A stretch of 64,000 nucleotides of DNA from Callorhinchus milii (lineage: Eukaryota), in assembly GCF_018977255.1 (NCBI RefSeq), contig NW_024704742.1:23748001-23812000 (forward strand), in the 5' to 3' direction. Shown piece after piece: positions 1 to 13,544 of the stretch (position 1 is its first letter; every line of letters starts with the position of its first letter). Both the position numbers and the translations under genes were made by a program. The notes under the pieces are model-generated. The model had not been told where the DNA came from. It searched no databases and was given only the letters and a program-made list of their open reading frames with translations.

Positions 1-61
1 TCGTCACGATAACTTGCTGCTGGTTGATTTCGCGGATCACCTGCTCGTACGATGGGGGAGG
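1..61 (-). CDS. SH3D19: SH3D19 coding exon 6, partial (PPPSYEQVIREINQQQVIVT...); contains a PPxY motif
   Basis: Acceptor attattgcctacag| in phase 0. Matches mammalian PPSYEQVIKEINQ (recalled). Runs off the window edge. Confidence 0.92.
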
Positions 62-179
62 CTGTAGGCAATAATAATAATAGACATTTTTGCAAAAAAA
101 GGATCAGCAAAATACTTTTAAAAAGAAAGGAAATGCTAACAAAACAAAGAACGTCGTCTAACGAGAGGGAATGTCTTAC

Positions 180-342
180 TTCTGCAGCAACAGGCTCGTC
201 GATTCGCCACAGTGACCGAGAATGGGCAGCGCTCTGCCTGCAATGGCCCTGCCTAGGAGACGGTATGCAGTCACCTGGGACTCCGGGATACCAAGGACTA
301 GGACCTATGGGTTCTGCAGATAAGATAGTGATCTCCGGGCGT
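180..342 (-). CDS. SH3D19: SH3D19 coding exon 5, 163 nt (R-RPEITILSAEPIGPSPWYPGVPG...LWRIDEPVAAE)
   Basis: Acceptor gatcttccccctag|, donor GAA|gtaaga, phase 2 to 0, frame open. RPEITI-x-x-EP motif as in mammalian SH3D19. Confidence 0.92.
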
Positions 343-1548
343 CTAGGGGGAAGATCAAAAAGTTACTTATAACATCCTCTAACATCCTGTAAAAAGTCCA
401 AAAAAAGTCCAGGAAAAAAAAAACTCTGTAAGCATTCACTTCCCAATATTGCACAGAGCTATTTCTTTCTCTCCCCCCCATCAGAAAAAAAAATAATCGA
501 GTAATAGAATTCTGAAGTGATAGGCAGAGTGACAAATGTTTTGTGGCGATATCCAACATGCTCATTGCACATAGAGCAAGAATCCACAAGCCACAGAATA
601 ATAAAAATTGGAAAAATCACACACATCAGGGTAATGTTTGTGGAGCTTCATAACACCATTAGCTTCTCAATTATTGACAGGTTACAATCCCCAGAGGGAC
701 ATGAAGGAGGCTGGAGCCAGCTGAGCCAACGCGACGGGTAGAGGAGTGGTGTGTAACTTTCCATCTTGCACTGGGTCAATGCAATGAAGCTCCAGAAGAC
801 AATACCATGGAAACAGAAATTCTCTGCATAGAAGGAGGCCACTCAGCTCATCACCGAGGCCACTGGTTGCAATGGGTCACTAGGAAGTGTGACTGAGACC
901 AGGACAGCTCAGGAGATCCAACACAGGGCTGAATGGCCTTCCTCTGTGCTGTAAATTTCTATGGTTCTATGACACTGGACACTTTACAAAAACCTGATGC
1001 TTCAATGGAAGGACATAGGATGGGTATTTCTGCAAGTTGAAATCCAATGGAACAATGTGATTTCTTCATTTCAACCTTTATTATCTTTTGACTGGGATCT
1101 ATTTTTTTTTGTTGCTAAACCAACTAATCCCAATTTCTAGCTCTCTCCCCGTATCTCTAAATGATTTTAAACTGCTCAGGTGCTTATCCAGTTGAACGTC
1201 ACCATTGACCTGGCCTGAAGAACCACTTATGTAGTAATCAATTTGAAGCTCTAACAAATCTGGGTAAAGAAATTCTTCTATTCTCTTCCCCAAATTTTAC
1301 TGCCAGCACAGCAGTAACTCTGATTCCGTAATATTCGCAGGGAACCTCAGAGTGGTTTCCTGGCATTTTCCACACGGAAAGAAAAATAGAGGAAAAGTCA
1401 TCCTCAGTCATCCACTCCAGTTTCTCCTCAAGTACGTCCTGAGCCAGCTGCTGGGTGTTGGTGCAGATCAATGTCACCTCTCTCACTGCGGGATGCGCAT
1501 GACCCAGAGAGGAAACTTATCCTGAGACCAACAAGCAAAGTTTCTTAC

Positions 1549-1594
1549 CTCCTTTCTCTCTGCAGTTCAATCTGGGCTGCTGCACGACTTGATG
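1549..1594 (-). CDS. SH3D19: SH3D19 coding exon 4, 46 nt (S-SSRAAAQIELQRER-R)
   Basis: Acceptor cctctttttcttgttcag|, donor AG|gtaaga, phase 1 to 2. Similar to mammalian SRTSIQSELHRDRR (recalled). Confidence 0.9.
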
Positions 1595-2117
1595 CTGAAC
1601 AAGAAAAAGAGGAAGGGGGTGGGGGGAAAAAAAGAATCTGAGCAAGATTGAAGCAATAACTTGCTGCTGTAGTAGAGGCCAGTTAATGAAAGGATGAATT
1701 AGCAGCATTTATTGAACTAAAGCAAACAGATATCATGATTACCACAACATCGATGTGAAGATGTTTTTTTTCATGTAGCACCTATAGTATTGAAATATCT
1801 GTCTTGAATAAATCATAAGGTACAATGCACTAGTTTGAAGTCATTTGGGGGAGGGGAGTATGCGGGGGTCTCCTTGTAGCTGAGCTGGCTCCAGGGTGAC
1901 ATGCTTGGCAATGAAATGTTGGAAATGAGCCAGCCTTTTGTGGCGGTCTCGGTAGTCTGGTTCCTGAGTCAGGTAGTTCTGCGGTATCCCAGGGCACTGC
2001 TGATGACAGCCCAGCCAGCCAGACTTGTTGGCAGAACTTGAGAGGGAACGGACAGTCATTGGGGATGCAATTTTTCCCACTTGGGTCCTGTGAAGGATCC
2101 GTGACCCTCTCACTCCC

Positions 2118-2550
2118 GCCCTGGTTCACTGGCTCCCCATCCCCCAGAGGATAGAGTTAAAATTCCTTGTGCTCGCCTTCAAGGCCCTCAACAATCTGGC
2201 TCCTTCCTACCTCTGTGACCTGCTAACCCCATATCAATCTGTCCGCTCCCTCCGCTCAGCAGGTTCTGGCCTGCTCCACATCCCACCCCGGCCCGCCCCA
2301 CCATCAACGATTGGCCTTCAGCCTCTCTGCCCCCACCCTGTGGAACTCCATCCCAAATTCCCTTAACCTCGCTCCCTCGCCTCCTTCAAAATACGTCTCA
2401 AAACCCTCCTCTTAGGCCACCCTCCTACCCTCCCTGTCCTCCGCTTTCCCTGATCCCAAATCCCCTGCTCGGGTCCAAATCCCTGACTGTCCAGCGCCTT
2501 GGGAGATCATTCCGACGTGAAAGGTGCTTTACACAAATGTAATTTTGGAT
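2118..2550 (+). mobile_element. L2-clade LINE 3' fragment (subfamily A)
   Basis: ORF2 C-terminus (AFKALNNLAPSYLCDLL), 3' hairpin and aaatgtaatttt tail. Confidence 0.85.
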
Positions 2551-3431
2551 TGCATTACATTGGAATACATTAGAATATACAGCACAGAAACAGGCCATTC
2601 AGCCCAACTGATCTATGCCGGTGTTTATGCTCCACATGAGCCTCCTCCCCTTATTGTAAACCTTGCAAGTCATGTGGGCATGTCCAGCCCCCAACAAGTG
2701 CAAAAGGAGCCATAAATTGCCAGTTCTTTCACAGAAGGATGGCAGGTGTGGGAGTGGAATCTCACACTGGTGCAGTTGGAAGTCTGCTATCACGGTTAGG
2801 GATAGGGACATTTATGATCCGAGTAAAGAGCCTTTTTTCATCTAACCCACCGTAAACCCAACAGCACTTGATAGAGACATTAAAAAACAGAAGTTAAGAA
2901 AATTGCATTCTCCACCTTTATTACCACACTAATGTAATATTTAAAAAGATTTCTCAAATTCAACTTTACATTTATCCTCAGCAATTTAAAAAAACACATG
3001 TAAAGAATGAAACATTTTATAAAGCTGAAGGAGTTTAGTGCTCAAACAATAGCCTCATCATTCCCACACTTCTTTGCTTGGCAAAGCCTGACTTCCTCTA
3101 TGTCAGGTGCGCTGAGCTCCAGCTCAATATTCGGTATCAATGCAGAATGTTCACATGGAATATTAACAGCAAAGGTCCGTTGTACAGGCTGTGTTAGCAC
3201 CTTGAACTTGGCCGCACATCAACAAAAGTTCAATTGCAAGTTAACAAGCCCTCACTAAACCAGGGCTTTGTGGCTTCGACTAGGCCAATGAAAAGGTTCT
3301 GTACCTGTCTCACTATCCAGGCTTACTGGGCTTCCAGCAACAAGCAGAGCCTAACAGCAATCTCCAGGTGCACTTCATTCCTATTGTGGCTTATTATTAT
3401 GTTTTATTTTTTAAAAATGCGGCTGACTTAC

Positions 3432-3472
3432 ATCTCTTGATAGCTGCTCTTATGGAAGACAGTGGTCCTTGA
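3432..3472 (-). CDS. SH3D19: SH3D19 coding exon 3, 41 nt (S-QGPLSSIRAAIKR-S)
   Basis: Acceptor ttctttttcttacag|, donor AT|gtaagt, phase 2 to 1. Near-identical to mammalian QGPLSSIRAVIKR (recalled). Confidence 0.93.
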
Positions 3473-3747
3473 CTGTAAGAAAAAGAAATAAAAACGTTAC
3501 CTTTTATAATACAATACAGACTATAACTTTTTTTTCCCAAAGGGTGGGGTGATAGGAGAAGGACTTATGCTAGGGAAGTGTTCCACAGCGCGTCTCAGCA
3601 GGTTGTTCAACCGTTAGAATATGTATCATAACCGAGCGCAAGGTCTATCCACACATTTCACAGCACAGATTTCTGGAGTGAGGAGCAGGAACCCTGGATC
3701 ATCTCCTCCCCTTTAGCTAGAAACCAAGTATCATAACTCTTGTATCT

Positions 3748-4062
3748 CAACCTGGCTCAGTTGGTAGCATTCTTGTCTTGCAACCAAAAGGTTGGATTTG
3801 GTACTCAGAGTCTATCCTGACACTCCGATTGGAGTGAAGCAGATGTTAAACTGAGGTTCCATGGACATTAAAGATCCCATGGCACAGATTGGAAAAGGAG
3901 AAAAGGGTAGTGTCCTAGCCAACAATCCCCTATATAAAATTGGTCATTCACTTCATGGCTGTTCGTGGGACATTGCGGTGTGCACATTGGCTGTCACATT
4001 CACCCACAAAATACACAGTAATTGCATTTTACAGTGCATCCTGATGTAAAAGGCACTATCTA
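3748..4062 (+). mobile_element. Deu-domain SINE (SacSINE1-like)
   Basis: tRNA head cctggctcagttggtagc and Deu core gatgttaaactgagg...ggacattaaagatcccatggcac. Confidence 0.75.
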
Positions 4063-5354
4063 AAAGGCAAGAATAATTAATTAATTATTATATTAATTAG
4101 TTGCCCAATAAATTGAAGTTGGTAATAACCCACTGCAAGAGCTCACGTGCCTTCCCCCAACTCACTCTGAAAGTCACCCACGCTGAGTGTTGATATTAGA
4201 CAGGAACAGTTACACTGTTACATTGCAAATGACCAAGAGATAAATCAAAACATTTTACTCTGGTTTAACTTGTCCCACTTAGAAATCCTGCTGCTTCAGC
4301 CTTGAAAGCGTTAACATCAATCTTATACAGCAATGATTAAATTGGAATGAAGTTGAGCGTTCAAAGACTATCCCACCAAAAATAAAGCGTACTCTGGAAT
4401 ACAGGAAGAATATCCGCTTTGGACTAATCCCTCAAAGTTCGAAGACTTTTCCAAGTCAGAAGTCCGAGAGCTGCAGGAAGAGAGAGCACAATGCGTTCTC
4501 GAGAGGCAATTGAGGCAGGAGACGGCAGCAATCCTTTCCCTGCACCCCCCTCCCCCACCCTTCCTCTCGGCTAAAGTACAAGTTCCATTACGATTGCTCT
4601 TTATTGGCCCAGATTTCCACTAATGTACTCACAGCTCCTGGCACACAGTTTCTGAAGTCTGGAGCAGAGTGACAGGGCTGAAACACACAAACAAAGGAGC
4701 TGCAAAGATCGGGGAGTGGCTGCAAGTCACTGAGGACAAGGCGAGGCACCGCTGCTCTGCCAGGCTGGAATGGATTCAGCCCTGCACTGAAGGCAACAGC
4801 CACTATACATCAGTGTGGAATATCCCCGTCATCTGCCACATGTTTATTTCCTTTCTACCCTGAGGTGATGCCATCATCCTGCTGTGAACATCATTCAGCC
4901 CTGCACTGAGCGACTGGAGCAATGCCAGGAACAGCAAGAAGCCTAGAATGTGCACACACAAAGCACAGGAGATATTGGAAGTACAATTTGATGCATTAAA
5001 TAAAACAAAAAACATCTGATGTTTGGAAGCGCATAAAAGTACTCTTGATGGTTAATGCTGCCATCTGAATCCCCAGATCAGGTGCCAGACATTATTCCTG
5101 CACGCACAACTTGAGAAATAAAGGTGGAGTTCTTTACTATGCTTCCTTCTACTATGAAGCACAGTCACAGTGCTGTCCTTCAGCATGCTAATTTATTTAA
5201 CCATATTAAGAGTGTCGAACACGCTACAGGAAAAGCTCACAGTGTTGTGCCAATACACGATATGTAATACTCCTTAAATTCATCGCCTCAAAATTGTGGC
5301 AGCACTGCACCACCGTCCCACAAACAGTTGTGGATTAAGTGACCAAATTATTAT

Positions 5355-5962
5355 TACAACAAAATTACATTTGTTTAGCACCTTTCACACCGGGAGAACA
5401 ACAACAACTTGCACTTATATAGCGTCCTCCCACGCAGGGTAGCATCTCAGAGCTTTACGTCCCAAGGCGCTGGATAGTCAGTTTTTTGGACCTGAGCTGG
5501 GGGTCTGGATTGGGGAGGGTGGAAAGCAGGGGGGAGGTGGATGATCAAAAGCACAGTTGAAGAGGAGGGTCTTGAAAGAAGCAAGGGAGGGGTGAAGCAG
5601 AGGGGCTGCGGGATGGAGTTCCAGAGGGTGGGTGTAAAGTGGCAGAAGGCCCAACTGCCAATGGTGGGTCGGCAAGGTGGCGGACGTGAAGCAGGCTGGA
5701 GCCCGCTGAGCAGAGAGAGCGGGCAGAATGATTGGGGGTTAGGAGGTCGCAGAGGTAGATGGGGAGTAAGGCCATGGAGGGCTTTGAAGGTGAGGACCAG
5801 AATCTTGAACTGTATCCTCTGTGTGATGGGAAGCCAGTGGGGCCGGGTGAGGATGGGGGTGATAGGGTCACGGAGCCTAGTGCAGGAGAGGACATGGGCT
5901 GCAGAGTTCTGGATGATCTGCAGCCTATGGAAGGAGTCAGGGAGGCCAACAAGCAAGGAGTT
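5355..5962 (-). mobile_element. L2-A 3' fragment plus stacked L2-A and L2-B tail remnants
   Basis: Minus [15 protein letters not shown]...HWLPITQRIQFKILVLTFKALHG. Extra tails at about 5355-5455. Confidence 0.85.
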
Positions 5963-7004
5963 TGTCCTTGCTTGTCGAAAGAAAAAATGCTCTTTCCAGG
6001 CAAGTTCCACAGCAAATTCAGAAGAGATTGGCCACTAACTGAAAGAGGAGTTTCAAAAAAATGAAAAAATTGCAGTCACGGAAAATGAAAATCAAAACAG
6101 TATGTTGCAAAAGGTCACATGAAGGCTCTCAGGCTCTGTACGACCAGACATCCTGTCCTATTGTTCCAGCAACAGTTGTCCACGTCTTTCGCACACAAGG
6201 CTGGCTTTGCAGGACATTGATAGTTGCCCGTTCATCACAAAATTACTGACTAAAACCATTTAGGGAAAATAGGAAAGGCGTAGCTGCGAATGCTACGTAA
6301 GCTTCAGTGTATTTTACACTAATTAAACCACTCTTGTGGTGTTTTCCACAACTGTCAATCAGACCAGATAGCCTATAATTCACAGTATTATTTGTTTTTG
6401 CTGCATATATTACAATACAACTTTTTGATTTCTTGTTTTAGAATTCTTCCTTGTCCAGTCCTCTTGACAAAACTGAATATATTCTGGTACAGATTCACAA
6501 TATGGAGAAGGGAGTGGTGGGGATTTGGGTGGGGAGTACAGCTCCATACACTGTACATTCCATTCAAATATAGGCTGGTATCGGAGGAAATTCTTGCCAA
6601 CCAAGATAGAACTTTCAGCCTGACCTTACCAGCTCCAATTTTCTCCCATTCACTTCAGAACGCACCAACTGCAGTTCTACAAGCACCACCGTCCTTCCAG
6701 CGCATCTCTGGACAGTAATCATTACGGCTGAATCCAATCTTGTCCCCCCACTAGATATCCATATGTGTGTGGTGTGTGGGGAGATGAAGGTACTGGATAA
6801 TGACTAGAAGCTTGCAAATGGAAAACGTCCTCTCCATCATCAATCTCCATTAGTACAAATTCTTTCAGGTGACGTTATAGTAAATGCTGGCAGGCCTCAC
6901 CCCACCACAGCATTCGCACAGCCCACTGAACCTTGCACGTCACAGCAACCTTGGGACTTAAAAACCAGTCTTTCTAGTCAGGTGGAATATTGAAGGTGGC
7001 ACAT

Positions 7005-7320
7005 CTTGTTCTGTAGCTCAGTGGTTAATACACCCGCCTCGCAAGCGAGAGACCTGGGTTCCCGGCAGGGCGAAACCTTGGACAAGTTTCCTTACTTCAT
7101 GCGTCTGATAATAATTCCCTCAAGAAAAAAACAATAATAATTTGGTAACTCAATCCACGACTGTTTGTGGGACACTGCTGTGTGCAAGTGGCTGCCGCGT
7201 TTCGCCCACAAATATACAGTCAATTCCCTTTACAGTACATTCCGTGAAGCGCTTTAAGACATCTAGAAGACGTAAAAAGCGCTATATCAAATGTAAGGAT
7301 TATTATTATTTATTATTATT
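7005..7320 (+). mobile_element. tRNA-Ala-derived SINE (family B, short variant)
   Basis: Head tgtagctcagtggtta, body ttggacaagtttccttac, L2-like hairpin, (TAT)n tail. Confidence 0.85.
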
Positions 7321-7424
7321 GTCTGACCACAATACAGCTAACAAAATAAAAATACAACCTGCAGCTACTCCCCAACGTAGACCTGGAGAAATTCCTCCAT
7401 TTTCTGCTCAAGCGCCAAACCATT

Positions 7425-7800
7425 CAAAAATAATCCTTGCATTTTATGTAATGCCTTATCAATGCCATCAGTCGCCATCAATGTCTCAAAGTGCTTCCCA
7501 GGGATTAATGTAGAGTTTAGTGACTATGTTTTGAAGGCCAATATGGCAGCCAATTTGTGAAAAGCAATGTCCCACCAAACTGCCATGAAGCGAATGACCC
7601 ATCTTATCTGGGGGATTGTTGGCCAGAACCTTGGGAGAAATTTTCCTTATAGTGCCTTGGGATCTTGAGAGGCAGTCAGGTCCTCAGTTTAATGTATCAT
7701 CCAAAGGATGGCACCTCCAATAATCCAGTATTCCCCCAACACCACACTGGACTGTCAGCCTGGTCTCAAAGTCCCAAAGAGGGCTTAAACCTACAATCTT
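7425..7800 (-). mobile_element. Deu-domain SINE
   Basis: Reverse complement of the Deu core and the shared tail. Confidence 0.7.
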
Positions 7801-10800
7801 TTGTGTCATCCATTGGAAGGGGCTTGCCTAAGGGGGTAAGATTATTTCAATGACACAATGTTATTCAAATGGTCCTACACTTGAGTACTTAACCTAAAAC
7901 AAGTAAAAGTTTAAGTTATTTGATAAAAGGGGAGATGAAATTTGGCCACCATTAAAACTGAGGAATGCCCAAGTATTTGAAGGTTTATTTTCTCCTTCCA
8001 AGTCTCAATCCATTTTGAAGTGTGGAATGTTTCGAAACAATAGAAAAGTGCTTTAAAGATTTGTATGGCTCTTTTAGTCAAGAGGGTTTGCATTCATTAA
8101 CCTTGGAGCACCTTACAAAGAACAATATTTGCGTGCAGAGAACAGACTTTTGATACATACAACCAAATTTCTTACAAATGCAATTAACCACTCCCAGGGA
8201 AAGAAAATGGAATGTAGAAAAACATGCATTTGGATAGTTACAAATGCCCCCTCCACTCCTTAGTTAAATAACTAGACTCAAAACAGATGCAGAATTAACC
8301 TTTGGAGAATAAACAGATTAACAGTGGAGCAGCAATGGGGCATGTTCACAAGCAGGGGTCTTTCACTCCACTAAACCCAGACAGCAGTGCTCCTCTTACA
8401 GTACTTCTGAGTTGCATCTGGCCCAGTGACTGATTCGATATGAAAAGCATGATTTACAGGCTGGAGGAGATTTGGGAAAATAATTAGCTCCAGACAGATG
8501 GAAATATGTACACAACCCTTCTTCCAACAAGGAAATATTTGAGTTTTAGCTCAGCCTTTTGTGAAGCTACAAAGTTCTGTTGCTTTGTGTGCCTTGAAAT
8601 AACTTTTGTTTTCTCGTTTAAAGGATCCCATCAGCAGTTTCTTTATAGATCCATCTGAAATTGTTGTGGTGCATAAAGTACGAGTTGCACAATTCTCACT
8701 TTAGCCAATTTGCATGCAGCCATATCCTACAAACAGCCCTGAAGCGAATGACCTATTTTATTTGGAGAATTGTTGGCCGGGACAGCGTTGAAGAACTATA
8801 GAGCCACGAGAGTCTCATGAGGGGTCTTGGTCTGGCTCATAGCCACCTGAGCTTTCAACAGAAAACATGTGACTTAGATGATTATCACTGACAATTTGTT
8901 TAGAGGCGAGTGCAATTCTTTTCAGTGTTCAGATTGACATCTCTCTGTGAATCAACCTTTTCTGCGATTGCATTCAAAGGAAAATAGAAATCTCTCGTCA
9001 AATGAACGTTTGGTAGCAGAACTGCACTGTGCGGCTTCGCAATCATTTTCAAAACCACACCATCCAATTATTAGAAATTATTTGAGAAATACTCAGCTCA
9101 CACTCATGTGTTGTTTTGTGTTGGTAATGCTAATATTTGCATATGTATGGGTTTTGCTGCTATCGATGTGGTATTCTTGGTGTTGCCTTTGCTGCCAAAA
9201 ACAAAAACATACGTATGACATGCTTATAAATAAATGTTTTGGAGGAATTTCTGTGACTCGTTTTATTTTTCGATTGCTGTGGCTCACAATGTTGTTCATG
9301 AGGCACACGTTAGGGTTCAACAACCCTGGTCTAGGAGAAACTCCCTTCTCTTTTCGAATAGTGCCATGGGATCTTTAACTTCCACCTGAACAGGCAGACA
9401 GGACCTCGGTGTAACATCGCATCCGAAGGATGTCACAAGTTGCTCAGCAGTGCAGTGAGTTGTCAAAGGTTTAGTTTCTATTTTAAGTGGATGTTGACTT
9501 GGCCGCTCCAGTCTCAGACTCGCATCCACAGAGCGAGCTCGGGTTCAATATTCACCTTCAGTTGATATTTAAACATGACCGCAGGCGAGTCGTGACAACT
9601 TTCAACCAGGTGATGACGCATACAAGCTCCCTTCCTCTCAGACACTCTAGACATAAAACCACATCTCTTGCTGAATGATCACTGGGTGAACATATGCAAA
9701 GCAGCCTCTGCTACAGGCCCTCTCACCTACCTGGCTGAGCAGGTGCATTGCACCATGAACTCAATGGTACTATTGAAAACAATGATGCAACAAGGAACAT
9801 CAATTCAAATAAAGCGAGTTGGGCAATCTAGGCTTCACCCTCAATGAGGCGTCATCCTGTCCCTCAGTCGGATTAGGGTTCAACATCGCTGGTCTAGGAC
9901 ACGTGAAAGGCAAGTGAAATGTTCCAGGCATCACCAACTCAAAGAGGGTAGAGATGGTAATGGGTCAAGATAATAATAGTAAAAATCCTTGCATTTGATA
10001 TAGCGCCTTATCACACCATCAAGACATCTCAAAACCCTTCTCTTGGCCCGTCCCATTGAGTAATTCTTTGAGGCGGTAGGGAAAAAGAGGAAAATTGTTA
10101 CCAAAAAAGTATCTTTCCAGGCAAGTGGTAAAGGAGAGAAAACACATATTAGAATTACCTAGTTTCCCTGAAAAGTCGGAGCAGTTCACAGATTGCTCAT
10201 TTTAATGTTCAGCCTCGAGCTTTTTAGCTATTTAGCTACAAGTTCCAGGCATCAATCCTTCTGGGATTCAAACATCTGCTACCAATGGTGAAATTTGTAG
10301 TGGCCTGGGATCCTTGATAATTTATTGGACTTTTGCACTTCAAAAGGTAATAACCTTAGCCTGATCCGTAGAGAATTATGCCATGTGTTTTTGAGATTTT
10401 CAGCATGTTAAAAAAATTTACCAGTAATTGAAACGTCTCAGTTTGAAGATCGGTCACTTGGGGTGAGTGGAACCGAAAACTCCAGGAACCAAATGTCAGT
10501 GAACATCTCAGATATCAGTTTGTGGGATGTTGCTATACGCAACCAGCTACCACATTTTGCTCAAAATACAGTCCCTTCACTTTACAGTATATCGTGTGAA
10601 GTGATTGGAGACATCTAGATGATGTGATCAGGTGCTATATCAAGTGCAAGGATTAATTATTATTATTGTGATCATCTGTCACTGCTACACCTCAGAGATT
10701 GCGCATAGAATCAATTTATATTAAATAGTGCCTTTCACTTAGGGAGTCACTGGAATGTACTGACGATGCATTAAATGGATGAAGCCTGATCTGTGGAGGC

Positions 10801-11217
10801 TGAGTAAGTGTTGAAGTGCACCAATAAAGTGCCTTAGATCAGCACTTTAGGTGCTGGTCTCTGAAGTCGCAAACGGAGGTTCTTCCCTCTCCTCCACCAC
10901 CATCTCTTGTTAGAAGTTCCAATAGTGACAATAAAGGATACATCACAAACACAAGGAATGAAGTGTGTATTTCCAAATAGCAACCTTGAATTCAGACTTC
11001 AACAGAATCACAACAATAATTTTCATTTGTAAAGCGGACTTCATGAAGGGGAGAGTCTTGAGGTAAATAGCACTTAACCAGAGTAAATAAACCAGGGAGA
11101 TGGGAAAGAAACACAAGCTCGAAGAAAATTCACAAGCATCAAGCAATACTTTAAGTGTGGAGTTGCTCATTTAACTGTAAATGAAAGTCAAAGCCAAATC
11201 TCAGCACTCCCCCAATT

Positions 11218-11635
11218 GCTTAGTTAATGGGGCTCTCGCCTCAGTCAGAAGTTTGTGCGTTCAAGTCTCATGTCAGAATTTAGAGCTCCCGGTCCAGGTG
11301 ATGTCCCAGTATTGAGGAGCACTGCATTGTCATAGGTGCTGTCCTTCAGATGAGATGCTAAAATGAAGTCTGATTTGCCTGTTGAGACAGACATTAAAGA
11401 TCCCATGGCCGTATATTGCATAGAGAAGGGAATTTCTGCTGGTGTCCTGGCTAACAAACCCCCAAATAAAAAAAAGGGTTATTCATTTCAAGGCTGTTTT
11501 TGTAACATTGCCAGACATGAATTAGCTGCCGCATTTGCCTACAATTGCATTTTACAGAAAACTGCCTGAAAAGCTTTGATATGTTTCTATCCGATAAGGC
11601 ACTATATCAAGTGTCAGGATAACTATTGTTTATTA
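11218..11635 (+). mobile_element. Deu-domain SINE
   Basis: ctttcagatgagatg-like core...gacattaaagatcccatggc. Confidence 0.75.
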
Positions 11636-12024
11636 CAGCCACTGTCCAATTTGAAAATGAGCAATCCATCCCCAGGTACAATTACAAAGTGACTGGAAGT
11701 TGAAGCACTAATAATTAATCTCAAGAACCGCTTTGCGACCAGTTTGTTTAGAGAGAAGGAAATGCCAGGGTTCCCCCTTTCCAAATCACTATACAAATGG
11801 CCTCAAGGGGAAAGTACTTATGAAGGCTTTGCAGACAGCATTGGCTTGGTTGTAATGCTCATCATGGTTAAACTGTAAGTTGAGTTAGGGCTCACACATA
11901 AAAATAGCCCCTTGGGCGAGGTTCAGGGGGTGATTAGCACCAGTAGAAATGTCCAGCAAAAAGGAGAGGAGAGGAAGTGGGGGAAAAAATTATGTGGGAG
12001 AGAAAGTTACATCCAAAGTTAAAC

Positions 12025-12258
12025 TAGCTCATTGGGGGATCGATGGCCAGAACACTGGGAGAAACTCGTTTTTCTTTTGGAATAGTGAACATCCACCTGC
12101 AGTTTAACGTCTTATCTGAAGGACAGCACCTCCGACAATGGTACACTCCCCCCACATTGCGCTAGAGCATCAGGCTAAATTTTGAGCTCAAAGTCCTGAC
12201 ATGGAGCTTGACCCTACAACCTCCTAATTTAGAGATGAGTTGTACCAACTGAGCCAAT
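12025..12258 (-). mobile_element. Deu-domain SINE
   Basis: gtttaacgtcttatctgaaggacagcacctccgacaatg is the Deu core on minus. Head at about 12258. Confidence 0.75.
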
Positions 12259-12411
12259 ATTACAATAAAAGCTGAACGTGAAATTGCCTTCCCCGGTTTA
12301 AGATGGCCAATGTGCTATGATGCTTGTTGATTTAAAGCAATACGATTTTCTTTGAAAGACAGACACCAGGCCAATGGTGTGAACAATCCACATGCCCTAC
12401 AACATGCTTAC

Positions 12412-12457
12412 CTAGAGCTGCGTGGTGCCTGGTCTGGCTTATTTCGATCAGGACGAT
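12412..12457 (-). CDS. SH3D19: SH3D19 coding exon 2, 46 nt (D-RPDRNKPDQAPRSS-S)
   Basis: Acceptor gttttttgatttacag|, donor AG|gtaagc, phase 1 to 2. Similar to mammalian DRNERNKPEHRSSS (recalled). Confidence 0.9.
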
Positions 12458-13544
12458 CTGTAAATCAAAAAACAAAACACAACTTAATAGCAGAATCAGG
12501 TCATCTTCGGTGTATTGCAGTTGCACTGCTAGAGATTTAGATAGCACTTAAATTGTGGGATTGCTTGAGATTGACATTAAGACCCCGTTAAGTGGAGGTC
12601 ATGCCACAGAGAGCTTATTTGCTTACGTGCTTTTATATTGCACCCACTATTGGGAAAATTCTACATCGCACAAATAATTCGAAACCCAATATGAATCATG
12701 TCGTTCTCTTCCTACAAGATAGCTGGTCCCTCCGTGGATGTTCGGCTCAAGTGGATACAAATAAATAACCTCTCCTCCAGTACTCATTGTCTACAAGCCT
12801 GGTGAAATGTTGTACTCGTGTTATATAGAGGCCAAGTGACAAGATGTTCGGCTGTACAAGTGGCCTGACCAGATTCTTTCATGGTTACTACCTCAGTTCA
12901 TTTCTCCTCAGATATTCTGCTGATAACACACGAGACACGTCAGTAAATTAAATATTGGTTTTAACCAGAGAAGCCTCTCTCCGTCTCTCAGTGGTGGATC
13001 TCCTTACCACGCTTACACTGATCAATGAAAATAGTGGGAAGTCAAAAATTAAACTAGTGAATACTGCAGTTATTGTTTTTACTGGTAATTACACATACAC
13101 GGGACATTTGTTTGCCACAGGCAATCTCTTCAGGTTACTGAAAATAGCGGAGGCTCAGAATGTTGCAGCACCTCCTCCTCCTTTCACTCCACATTTCCAG
13201 CAAAAAGTGCCTGGTAAAAGTCACATTACAAAAGCAGGATACGAAGGAAACACACAGCGTGTGGATCAGTACGGGAACCACTAGTTTCTCCAACCATTGC
13301 AGCAGGTCCTCCTTCCACACATTGATTCAGAAGTTGTGCATTTCATGTTTTTATTTCCGTTCTCCAGAATCTTTTTTCTTTCATCATTACAAGTACCAGA
13401 AAACTAATTTATATACACCTGCTGAAAAAAAATCTTTTAGTCAGTCATTTCTCCTACACCAGCCCTGCCTCTATTAAATTGATTCATGATAGTGTGGAAC
13501 CAAGCTTGTTCCATGAACAGATCTGGTTGCTTTCTTTTAATATA

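Noticed and set aside
1238..1486. 82-aa ORF just downstream of exon 4
   Set aside because: It would need a 62-nt intron and a different frame. Exon 4 already splices in phase to exon 5.
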